Shown piece by piece: positions 11,964-23,655 of a DNA stretch of 64,000 nucleotides. The notes beneath the pieces are model-generated. The model had not been told where the DNA came from, searched no databases, and was given only the letters and a program-made list of their open reading frames with translations. The translations under genes were made by a program, and so were the position numbers. Location: positions 58,716,001 through 58,780,000 of the forward strand of contig NC_087437.1 in NCBI RefSeq assembly GCF_036321535.1, written 5' to 3'. Numbering within the stretch: the stretch's first letter is position 1; each line of letters starts with the position of its first letter. The DNA comes from Camelus dromedarius (Eukaryota).

Positions 11964-13305
11964 TCAGGGTTCTTCCAGTTTCCCCTCTGACCTGCTGGAA
12001 AGTCTAGTCAGCTCTCTTTCATGATAGGGCATCCTCTACAAATTCAATAAAGATAGAAACAAACTATTCACGACTATGATTTGTATCCTAGGATGAGAGT
12101 TGTGTTTGATGAGGATAAAAACCCAAAAAGTTCTTTAAAATGTTTAGAGAACATAACATTACCAGCTTAAAGTTTCTTTCAAAGATAGTCTTCTATAAAG
12201 TCCATTTAAATTAGTACAAATCTTTCCTAGAATCGTTCTTACCACATCTCCCACATAAGGAGAAACAGCAATAGCAAATAGAACCACTATGAAACTGATA
12301 GTAACTGTGCACATCGCAAATTGTCATCTTACTGTCCTAATTCATCTTACATTTGTTATATAACAAGACCCAACACAGAGGTATTGACTATGCATAACTT
12401 AAAATATACAGTGCATACGATTATGAAAACATAAGAACATGTGCGTGTTCACTGACAGGCCGTTCTTACAGGGGAACCCAGCAGCTGTCAAACCCCTACA
12501 TGAGACGTCACCTAATATGGGGTGAGAGGCAGTGAAGAATGCTGGATGTCATTGATAGGAAGGAATTTATAAAATGCAGGGGAAACATTCTGGGTGTAAT
12601 TAAGGAAACTGGAAACTAACAACTTGATGTCATTAAAAGTAGGGGAAAAATGGAAGATGACAGCCTGTTTGTCATGCTGGACCATAAAAGACATGTTGAA
12701 GTGTCTTTCTTAGGTGGAGCTGGGCTTTTCAGAATGTACCAACTCTCAGAACATGTCAAAGGGTGGAGTTTTTCCAGAACATTCTCAGGCTTTTCTCCAG
12801 CAGGGGATTCTCAGAGGTGGGTAGAGGTAAGGCAGGGCCTTGACTACCAAGTGGCCTTTCTTCTAACAACTCTGCCGCCTCCCAGGTGGACCACCACTGG
12901 CCTGCAAGCTCATTGGACTAGAGACAAGCAGCTGGAGACTCACAGAAGTGGGTGATCCCTGGTGGGGTCAGGGCAGGAAGGTGCTTCAAGGACCTAAGGA
13001 TGCGGGTGGAGTTGGGTTGATCACAAATGCAGAGAGAGGAGAGGCCCTCCAGGTCTAGGCAGTCTGGGCTGGGACAACTGGATCCCACCTGTCTCATCTA
13101 CCCAAGGACATTACTCCAGGCATTTTCCTCTCCTGCATCCTCAACTTTCCCTTGCCTTTTAGATCATTGTCATAAATAGGATCTCAAATGCCCCTTGGAC
13201 TATCACCCTATTTCTTTCCTTCCCTTCCCTGACCTGCTAGATATCATGAAAAATTTGCTTGCCCACCCCATCATCAAATTTGATTCCTCAAAGTAAAAAA
13301 AAAAA

Positions 13306-13370
13306 ATTAATTGAAGTATAGTTGATTTACAGTGTTGTGTTAGTTTTGGGTGTACAGCAAAGTGGTTCAG
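13306..13370 (-). mobile_element. Very short L1 3' end fragment
   Basis: aattgaagtatagttgatttacagtgttgtgttagttttgggtgtacagcaaagtggttcag, same family as 3591-3771. Confidence 0.75.
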
Positions 13371-13482
13371 ATGCTCCAGGTCTCCATGTTTGGATCTCTG
13401 TTGTCTCTCTGTAATTGTCCCCTTGGGCTTCTCATTGTTCCTATAGCTTTAAACAATATGCTTTCGATTTTATATGTCCAAC

Positions 13483-13905
13483 TGCATTCGTTTCCCTTTG
13501 CTGCTCTAATGAATTACTATAAATGTCATGACTTACAGACACAAATCTAGTCTCTCGTACCTCTGGAGGTCAGAAGTCTGAAATGAGTCTTATGGGGCTA
13601 AAACCGAAGTGTCAGCCAAGCTGGTTCCTTCTGGAGGCTGCTGGGAGAATCTGCTCCTTGCTTCTTCCCACTTCCAGATGCTGTCGGCATCCCTCGTCTT
13701 GTGGACACATCACTTTCATCTCCGCTTCCATAAACACATCACCTTCTCCCCTGACTCTGTGTTCCTCTTGTAAGAACCGCTGAGATCACACCTAGCTCAT
13801 CCAGGATAATCTTCCCATCTCAAGGCCCTTAATCAGATGTGCAAAGTCTCTTTTCTTGTATAAAGTAAGATTCACGGGTTCTGGAGGTTAAGATGTGACC
13901 ATCTC
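13483..13905 (-). mobile_element. MLT1 (ERVL-MaLR) solo LTR
   Basis: tctggaggtcagaagtctgaaatg...ctggttccttctggaggctgc...ccaggataatcttcccatctcaagg...gcaaagtctctttt match antisense MLT1. Confidence 0.85.
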
Positions 13906-13924
13906 TCAACTCACTGTTAACGTT

Positions 13925-14630
13925 CACCCAGATTATTGCAACACCTTCCTAACTAGCCTCCTAGCTTTCTGCACTGCCCCACCTACTGCAGTCAACTCTC
14001 CACACAGTAGCCTGAGTAATCCTGTTAAAACTGAAATTGGATCACACTGTTCTTAAAACTCGTCTTCAATGGCTTTCTATTCTACTAATGATGCCCACCG
14101 GGACCTACGTGATCTGTGTCCTCATTATCTCTCTGGTCTTATCACCCACTGCTGTCTCTTTCACCTACTCTGCCCCAGCTACACAGAACTCCTGGATGTT
14201 CCTTGAAAATGCCAGGCACATTCCTACCTCTGGGCCTTTGCACATCCTCTTCCCTCTGTCTCAATGTCCATGTGGCTCACTCTCTCATGTCTTTCAGGTA
14301 TTTTCTCAAATGCTACTTTCTCAGTATTGACATCCCTGGCCTCCACAGAGAAAAGTCCGGCCCATGCCCTGCCCCCACCCCAGCTTTCTCTCTCTTTCCT
14401 GCTTTATTTTTCTCCATCGCTTGTTACTACACCAGTTGTTCCCATCTCTCAGTCTACCTATTTTACACACTTGTTTTGCTTGGTGTTTTCCTCCCCCAGA
14501 TTGTTTGTTCTTCTTTTCTAAACTATAAATTCCAGGAGAATATGCATTTTAGTTTGCTTCATTTCCTTCTCTAACCGAGAATGATGCTTTACATATTGTA
14601 GGACTCAATACGAATTTGTTGAATAAAGAA
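13925..14630 (+). mobile_element. L2a LINE relic
   Basis: attattgcaacaccttcctaactagcctcc...ccaggcacattcctacctctgggcctttgcacat...tttgttgaataaa. Confidence 0.8.
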
Positions 14631-14786
14631 AAGGAGGTTTTCCCCACATAAGTGTCCAGAAGATCAGCAAAATGTGGCATTTACAGCACTGGTTCTTTTA
14701 CTAACCTAATCATTTAATATTTACTCAGTGTCTACTCTGAGCCTAGACCTCAAGGAGCTCACAATCTTTGGGGGAGGTATATATGC

Positions 14787-15130
14787 TGTGATGTTGTGAT
14801 TTATAATAAATATAGATTTGGTCTTCATCCCGGTTCCTGGAATGGAGCTCCTAAGCCCCTTGGAATTTCCTGTGACAGGAGCGATAAAAGTGACCTTTGT
14901 TATGTTACGACCAGTTGGTCAGAAGCATATGTAACAACCTGGGCTTAAGATTGGCATCTGAAGTGGGGACATTCTCGTGGGGTTGAGCCCTGAACCTGTG
15001 GGATCTGATGCTATCTCTGAGATGACAACATGAGACTTGAGTTGAATTGTAGGCCATCCAGCTGGTGTCTGAGAATTGCTCGATGGTGTCGGGGGAAAAG
15101 CCCACACGTTAGAATTGGTGTCAGAATTGG
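14787..15130 (+). mobile_element. MER21-like ERVL LTR, internally deleted
   Basis: tttggtcttcatcccggttcctgg...ctcctaagccccttggaatttcctg...ggcatctgaagtgggg...gagccctgaacctgtgggatctgatgcta...ggtgtcagaa resemble MER21B. Confidence 0.7.
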
Positions 15131-17094
15131 ACAAGCAAACACCTAACTTTAATACAAAGCAGACTTAGAAAGGCCACAAGAGTTCAAAGGGCACAGGGGG
15201 AAAAGAGAGAGAGAGAGAGATTTGACCCTGCTGGTGGTTTGGGTGACTGGAAGAGGGTTCACGGAGGTGGTGATTTCGGAGCTGTGCCTTGTTGGATTTC
15301 TAGTTGTTCTGTAAGTACCAAGACCCATGGCTCAAGCCAGCATCAGGGCTCCTTCAGAGCCCAGCGTGGGACCTGGTTCCGTGGCTGTGATCTTGACACC
15401 AAGCAGCCTGATGGCGTAAAGGCTAATCTCTGCCTCAGCCTGGCCCATCTCTGAGGCCTCTGCGGAGAGGACCGAAAAGCTCACAGCTGCCAAGCAGCAG
15501 GCAATGCCTTCAGCAAGGTCAAAGTAGAAGTAGTGTCTTCATGACGTTAGCCCTGGAGTCTGGACAGAGAACCCTGGCAGGAGAGCAGAGCCTTGCCTAG
15601 GGCGGGGATGCAGGAAGGTCAGGAGCCAGGCCCCCGGGGCCCATGGGCCTGCGGTGAGGGCTGAAGGGAGCGTCATTCGAGAGCCAGGATGGAGATGCAG
15701 CCCTGAATGGCTCCCCTATCTCTGTCTGCCAGGGACCTTGAAGTCCTGTTTGTCCACAAGAGGACCGAGGATTTCTGAAGGAACAATGCCGGGTTGCCCT
15801 GGCTTTTTCAAATCTGACCTTCTGTTCCCGTTTCAAACGTGAGAGTGGAGTCTTCTCATCTCCTTATTCTCTCCGATGTCTTCAGAGGCAAAGGTAGAAC
15901 AAGTAAAGTGGAGACTCGGTTTCGTAACTGCTGTGGCTGGTCAGCGCCCCTCCCTCTCCTGCTGATTTCTCGGGGCGGCTGGCTTTCTCCTGCGTTTGCG
16001 TGTGTTATGGAACTGGCCCATGACGGGCGAGAGGCTCCATGCAGACGGAGCTCCATGCCCTAAGTGTCTGGCCCTGCTCTGGACCCCATGGGGCTGCAAA
16101 AGAAGAAAAACTGGTGGCAATCCAGGCCAAAGATGGTGGTGGCCTGTGGCTGGGTCCCAGGTCTCTGGGCTGCTGGCCAGGTTCTGGCCACAGCTTGGGG
16201 CTGGGTGGTACCAGTGTCAGGTGGTGCCCACGGCAGAGCTGGGCACCCTGACCTGCTTCACGGTGCTCCCTATGGTGAGAGGGAGCATGCTGAGTGCCTT
16301 CCAGAAGTCACTCCACGAAGTGCACCAGACACCCACGGTCATGGCCTAGTCCATCTCTGCACTGGGGCCAGCCTTTCCCCTGGGGAGAGAGTAATGGTGC
16401 TCTGTTCTACAGACCCTGGGTGAATCTGCTTCCGACCTGGCAGGAAGATGAACAAAGGGCCCCCGGGCCACCCTCCAGGCAATGGGGCTGCTGCATTGGC
16501 TGGGACCATTCCTCTGCTACATACTCTGTCCTGGGCCTTCAGCTCACCTTCTTCACTTGGATCAAGTGATGACCAGGAGACTGATCTTCCCTGCCTTTGC
16601 TTTTGGCAGGAGATGCTGAAATAAATAACCTTCCTTGGGAGAACCAAGGCTAAAACCCAGGCCTCTGCCTCGAAGAGCATCCCTCTGTAAGTTAATGCCT
16701 AGACCCAGATGCTCTGGACTGAGGCAGAATTCGGTGTTTGAAGAGATGATGAGGCCAAGAAGGGTGAGACTGAGGGAAAGGAGATCACAGAGCTGGGCTG
16801 AGGAAGAAGGGCGGAAAACTAAGAGGCCAGGAGGACCTCAGCAAGCCACTATCTGCACCTTGGCCCTGGCCAAGCCACCACGATGGACCCAGGGACAGAA
16901 TCGCAGCTTTCAGGCTGAACACAAGCTTGTCCACACCCTCAGTGTTGGTAACTTATTTTTAAACTATTTATTTGATTTTTTTTTTTAAGGAAAACTAGAA
17001 CAACAGAATGAAACTAGCAAGATCTCTTTTCCTTCTGTGAGACTGTCTCCAGCCTGCTGTGATTTTTCTGACGATACACACAGGCATTTATACA

Positions 17095-17270
17095 GAGCTC
17101 ATTTGGAGCCAGACAGCCTGGGGAGGAATCCCTTCTCTGCCCCTTTCTAGCTCACGGTGTGATGGGCAAGAATCTTAACTTCTGTGTGCCTTCGTCTCCT
17201 CATCCGTGGGATGGGGTAACAATGGGACCTATTTTTCAAGGATCAAATGAGTGAAATTCTCAGAATGATC
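17095..17270 (+). mobile_element. MIR SINE relic
   Basis: gggcaagaatcttaacttctgtgtgccttcgtctcctcatccgtgggatggggtaacaat: MIR core. Confidence 0.7.
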
Positions 17271-20200
17271 CTGTATATGGATGTGAAATAAAATCACTAC
17301 AACAGGTGGACGAGCCAGCCTGCCATCCCTCACCCTCGGGCCTCCCCGACTCCTCCAGTCCCGCTGAGCTGCCCTCCCTCTCCCTGGAAGCACCCCATCT
17401 GCGGGTTTGGAGAAATAAAGCCCGTACCTCTGCCCCAGAGGGCTTCCCCTCTGTTGGCGAACTGCGGCCCCCACACAGGCACTGGCCTCTGCTCATGTCT
17501 CAGGCTTAAAGCTCTTCCAGGACAGGAGCCGTCCTATTTGTCTCTGTATCCCCTGTGCCCTCACAGTATATGGCACACAGAAGGAACTCATTTGATGCTT
17601 GTTGGAGATCAGTAAAAATATCCTCCCACCTAATGACTCCTGGTACTGCCTTTCCCAGTGACCCCCCAGCAGCTGCAGGAATGAGGCAGGACAGGCATTG
17701 TCTCTACGTACAGAGGCCCCGAGAGAGGATGCCAGAGTCCAGGCTTCCCTGCGAGGGCAGGCCGGTTACGGACCCACGGATGCAGGTCTCCACCCAGGGT
17801 GCTTCCTGCTGGGCTGGCCTGGCCTCTGAGACTCTAAGCCATTTCTATTCCAGTGGCTGCGTTTGTCTCCTGATTTGTTCTGGTCATCCCAGCAAGCGCT
17901 CCTTATTAAAACACAGAAGAGATGATAGCTCAGGATCTGGGAGCTCACGGGGCAGGGGCGTAGAGAGCTGGGCTGGCTTGTCCACTGGGCCCCAGGCCTT
18001 AGCCTGCTCTCAGAACAAAGCCGTGGCGGTGGTGTGGCCATCGGGGTCCAGCTGCTCCCGTGTGTCTGTACCAAAACATCCTCGTGCACCTGGCAGCCTG
18101 TGCAAGCGGCATCCTGGCCCTTACTCACTCCTGAGCCCACCCCACCCCGTTCCCGGGCCCCTGGGGCGTGGGGGAGGGGACAACTGTGGTAGATATTATT
18201 TAGCAATTAGGAAGAGAACAAACAGAAAGCAGTGTTTTGTTTTATTTTGTTTTTTTCCCCTTCTGGCTTCATCAGAATGTTTCTGGTTCCCAAATGGCCA
18301 TGCAGCCTCGCCCCATCCTCCCTCTCACGCAGCCTGCCCCTGCTTCTGGCTCCCGGGCTGCAGAGCTGAGTCAGCAGCATTAGCTGCATGGGGAGAGGCT
18401 GCCAGGAACCTTGTGAGGGGGCCTAGGAAGCGCGGGAAAACCGTGCTTCTTAATTGCACATCACCTATCACTTTGCAAGTCACTTCCTCATCCATTATTC
18501 ATATGACCCTCACAGCTCTCTGCCTCGGTCAGCAGGATATTACCAGGGGCAAAAATGGATTTTGTAAATCTCAGTAAGCTTAGATTGGCCATGACCCTTC
18601 TCACAATCCCTTGGTGTGAAAACAGCAGCATAGGAATCTAATACAGCCTGGGACAGAGGTGATGGAGTTAATCCAAACACAGAATGTAGCCTGGTGCAGA
18701 GCCAGCACACCTGGCTTCTGGGCTGGCTTGCCAGATGAACTTGGGTGAGAAGCAAGCCCCTCTGGGCCTCAGTCTTCCTACCTGCAAAGTGAGATTTACG
18801 ATCAGCAAAATCTCCCCCAGTTATCTGGATGAGGCTATACTAAGAGATGACATGATAGGGCTATTATACACCTACTGTTGAATTCCCCCCACCCCCACCC
18901 CACGCCACACACACAAACCCCTACACACTCTGAAGCAGGGTCAATATTGAAATCAACAAATTCACGAACTTCTCTCCAGTTGTTACCTAATCAGTAGGCA
19001 GTGCCTTTCTGAAGCATTTGATGCTAACTTCATTGTGTGATTTTCTTTATAAATTGATGGCTCCTGGGCTCATGGGGGTCTCCTGGAACTTCAAAAGGGT
19101 TATAAGAAGATGGAGTGGTGCCCAGAGACCCAGTGGGGCCTGTACATTGTGACATCTTTGATGTGACCTCAGAAACTGATGGTCCCTCTGTTTCCTTCTT
19201 GGCAGCAGAAGGAGCGGGGAGCAGGACCCAGAATCCTCCTCTTCACTCACAGGCCCAAGGAACAAGAGATGCTGCTTCTTTCTGGGTCCTCTGCTTAGGA
19301 GGGTAGCAGGTCCAAGGCTGTTCTGCCTATTTGCAAGTTCAAACCCTACTCAGGGCAGCAAATGTGGCAGAGCATGGTGAGTACACAGCAGCTCCTCCTT
19401 GTGCTGTGAACTGCCTCTTAATCCACAAATACCCTCAGAAGAAAAAAAAAAAATAAACAGAATCTCAATCAATCATTTTGCCAAGCCCAGTCCTGTACCG
19501 CTGATGTGGTGAAGTGCTAAACCCCGTGGAAACAACAATTGTCATCAGTTCAATGAATGAAACACAAGTTGAAAAACAGGACTTTCAGCACGTGTTTATC
19601 CTCAACGGACAAGAGCCACACAGTTACATATCCCTTTCTGCTGGGCTGACATTGATTGCCGACTGAGTGAAAATGAAGAAAAGTTTGATTTAGTTTTTAA
19701 AAGTAATATTATAAGAGCAAAAAGCTATGATGATTTTATAAAATGTAGTGTAAGCCATTTAAAACAAATACAGTTTATTAAAGCATTTATTGTGAAAGTG
19801 CTGGAGAGGGAATGAAAGTAAGACGAAAATTCATCGAGAAAGCAAAATTGTATTAATCGCTTTTGAACTTAATAGTGTTGTTCTTTTACATTTAAATGTT
19901 GTAAGTCTTTATTCAGGCTCTTTTTGTAGCCCTTGCAGAAATTCTAGCTAATATATATTGGTTATATATTAATGAGATAAACAGAAGAATCAACGTAAGT
20001 TAGTGACATTAATATTTGTTATATCTCAGATGTAAAATATGTATTTTAACTCTGTTAGAAGAATTTTAAAATTCTATAAGAGGTATTTGAAGTATAGGTC
20101 CTAGAAAAAGGAATGATTTTAATGATCTAATTTGTATGTGTTAACTTCAAGAATGTCTCGCTTAATAAAAGAAAAAAGGAAGAGAGGTTTTTATTGTGGC

Positions 20201-22344
20201 TCCTGAAAATTAGAACACGCATTATGGTACAAAATCTTGCAACAGCCTAGAAGGAGTGTGCATTCAGAAAGAATGAACAGAAGGGGAAGAAAAAGAAAAA
20301 AGAGTCCGCCGCAGTTCATTTTCCACTGACAAGGTTTCTTAACACAAGGCTGTTCAAAGCTCCGAAATCCAAACACTGGGGTCACGCTGAGCGGCGGCTC
20401 ACACATCCTCCACCTGACGCCCCGCCCGCTGCAGCTAATTTCTTTCACGTGTTGGGCAGAAAGGGCGCTGTACATAAACTCTGCACGCGCAGCGGAATCT
20501 TTCATCTCACAACCCGCAAGTACTTCTCGTTTTATGGAAGGAGCTTGAGAGGCAAGCCAGGTTAATGACTCGCCTAAGGTCACGGGGAAAGTAAGTGGGG
20601 AAAATGGAAACAGAGACCATCCGCCCTGACAAGCCTCCAGACCTCAGTCTTTGCTCCTCTCCTCCGTTCTCTTCTGTGACACAAAGCTACTGCTCAGGAA
20701 GCAAGATAAAATGGTATTTTTCCTTTGCTTTCGTTTCCCGACAGTTGGAAAAATTGCTTTGCTGAGACGATGCCCAGTTTCTTTCTAACGCGTTCACTGT
20801 GTACGACCTCCTGAAAGTACCTGTAAGTGAGCTCCGTGCCCCTCCGTCATGTCATCAGTGCTACTGTTGCTATCACCGTTGTGGTGATGGCGGTGGGTGC
20901 TCTCTATAGTAGCGGTTTAGGCTTTCCACCCTCACAGGCCTTTGGAACCACAAAGCCCTTCACGGCTTCCCACTCTGAGGTCCTGAAGGCACTCCTTTCA
21001 CGAATCCTGGTTTGCAGAGGCTCAGAGGAGGGTCACCGCGTGGTCCAGTTAGAGGGAGCCAGCCTTCTGTGAGGTTTAGTAGCCTGTTAAGCACCTCATG
21101 GTGGCTACTATTTATTCTGACCATCTCTTACTCCCTGTCCCACATTGAACCTTTAAAACAAGGTCCTTGTAAAGTCCTTCAGATTGAGAGTTTCCAGGAA
21201 AGAGAATGTTAATTTTGTTGACAAATTCCAGTGTCCTGAAGCCCCAGGTCTTAATTCCTTATACAAACTCTCCTTCCTGAGTTTGCATGCCCCCCGTGTG
21301 CCCCTAATTAGTCTTGTCATAGGTCCTACGCTGTTGTTTTAAACACAACCCTTGTGCCGGGAGCCAAGGGGTCCTTCGGGGTGAGTAGTGTTGTATTTGT
21401 GTATATTTTTAAAAAATGGTCATCGCTCATCTCCTTGTGGCCGCCATCAGTCTTCAGTGGAGGTGTTGCCATAGAGATGTTGTCTGATCCATCTCTATTG
21501 ATATCGCCCTTTAAAGGGGGCCGTGAATAGGCACTGAGGTAGGTAAATGTATGCAGTGACATTGAGCGGATGATTCTATTCTGAAAAATTCCTGCACCGT
21601 TTGTTTCTGTGCTTGTCTGAGGGCTGGGACACGGTGTTGGGTTTTGTTGCACGTGCTCTCCTCACAGGCCCGGAGTTAATGCAAGCCTTGTTTGGAACCA
21701 CTGAAGCAGAAATTTCTCTGCTGCCAAGGACAAAAGCTTCACAGGCCACCTCGGAGGCTGCTTTGGGAAGGCCGTGTCTCCTGGGCTCCCAAAGGAAATG
21801 GGAGATAACGTGGACCATGGAGGAGCACCCTCAGAATTCTCCCAGCCCTGCTGGCCCCGCCGGACACATCTGGCCCCGTCGAACACATCTGGCCCTGCAG
21901 ACACTCCTCTGGCCAAGTGCGGGCTTCTCCAATCAAGGGTTTAATTTGATTTGCCTTTTTCCAGGCTGTCGAGAGAAAGCATCTTAAGATGTGTGTGCTT
22001 TTCTGTCTGTGGTGAGAAGTGTTGTTTGCACAGCTCTCTGCTCTGTCTTCCCTCTCGGGTGCGGGGGTGAGAAGCTCTCTCAGGAAAAACAATGATCGTT
22101 TCATTGGTTCATGCCTTTATGTTTAAACCAAATAACACCCAAGCCTTCTCCCGCCTCGTAGAAAAAGAAAGGGAGGAAGGATTTATGGAGTGCCGTGTGT
22201 CCTGGAACAGCGTCTGGGACTTGGAAAGTTGCCATAAATAAATTTTGTTGAAGAATGAATGAAGGAATGATTAAAGCTAGCTTGATGCAGGCTAGGAGTT
22301 TCCAGAAATAATTTTAAAATTTACTCTTCATGATCTGGTGACAC

Positions 22345-22465
22345 AGGAGTGATTAGCCCCTTTAGACAAAAGGGTTAGGTGACTTGCCCAAGGCCACATG
22401 GCAGATGAGTGGTGGCCCCCAGACTTGAATCTGGGTCTTTTGGTCCCAAGTCCAAGTGTTCTTTC
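22345..22465 (-). mobile_element. MIR SINE relic
   Basis: ggttaggtgacttgcccaaggccacatggcag...gacttgaatctgggtctt. Confidence 0.65.
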
Positions 22466-23494
22466 TCCGGGACCCCTGCAGCCCCGCCCCTTGCCGCTGT
22501 GTTTGGTGGCCATCCTGCGGGCCAGATCTGTGAGTGAGGTCAGCGTCCTCACTTCAGGCTCACGCAGCCTGGGTGAGGCCACCCATTCCCTCATGCTCCT
22601 GGCCCTGACCCCTGTCCTTGGCCATTTGGCCATGGCCAGCCCCTGCCTGATGTTAGCAGCATCGTAGGAGGGAAAAGCATGAGACACAGTGGAAACTGGA
22701 AGGCTGCATACATTTCCCAAGCTTTGGGATTTGGTCCAGGGAGGTTTGTGTGCTGGTGGTTCTGGCCCCCAGATGTCTGCTTGTCTGTTGAGTTGCTCCA
22801 CGTGTGAGTCATGTCGGCTGAAGGCTGGGAGGCAGGGGAGGGACTAGTTTGGTCGCAGCCTTGCTGAGCTTTGGTGTATGGATCTGGGGACATAAGAACC
22901 CCAGTGTTCATTTGTTCATGCCCTCACTCATTTTCTCAGTCAGTCTTAACCTCCCTCATTCATTCCCATACTCAATGCACACCCAGGGTGGATGTGAATC
23001 AGGCACGGGAGTCTGGTGTGAAGGGTGTACAAATGAACAAGACATACGCCCTGTTTCCCAGAAAATTCAGAAATGTATAATTATAGCACCCAAAGAACCA
23101 GTAACACCCGCCCTTTATGGTTTACAGAATGCTTTCACATCTCGGCTCCAACCTTCACAAGATCTGATGTGGCAGGAATTATTGCTAAATCCATTTTGCA
23201 GATGAGGAAAGCAACACATAGAAAAGCTATCTGAAATCCTTGGAGCGCAAGTCCTGTGTGGTTTGGAATTGTTCCAGTCTGGAGGAGCTTTTCTTAATCC
23301 CTCTGCCTGCCTTTTTATGACTAAGGAGTCAGCTGGTTTGGGATCACGAGAAGCCACTCGTACCAGCTCTGTTTAACTTCTTCCAACAGGGAGGTAGCGA
23401 TATTTTACAGAACTCTCCAAGAAAGACTGCTTTGGGTAGGTTCACGAGATCCCACAAGTGGATCACAAGGTTTCTACTATTTTGAACTAAAGAG

Positions 23495-23655
23495 ATGATT
23501 TTTAATTTTGACTGCACCTTGGGAGCTTAGAAACACTCAGGCCTGCACCCCACCCCAGAGACTGTAATCCATTGATCTGAGCTGGGGTCCAGGCTTTATG
23601 TTTTTCCCACATCCATCCTAAGCCTGGGTGTTCATTGACACTCCCCAGTTTAGGC
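23495..23655. mobile_element. MER5-like hAT-Charlie MITE relic
   Basis: gggagcttagaaacactcaggcctgcaccccaccccagagact...gatctgagctggggtccagg. Confidence 0.6.

Noticed and set aside
15996..16349. GAGWYQCQV resembling an Ig-domain F-strand motif; small GC hairpin at 16216-16252
   Set aside because: No rest of an Ig fold and no clear splice sites; the hairpin is too short for a pre-miRNA and is expected in GC-rich DNA
17555..18577. Longest ORF (340 aa, + strand)
   Set aside because: Non-ATG start, begins in L2-like tail sequence, no recognisable domain, composition typical of random GC-rich DNA
21851..21914. Short spaced repeats as a CRISPR-like array
   Set aside because: Contiguous degenerate 19-bp minisatellite with no unique spacers or cas genes, in mammalian context
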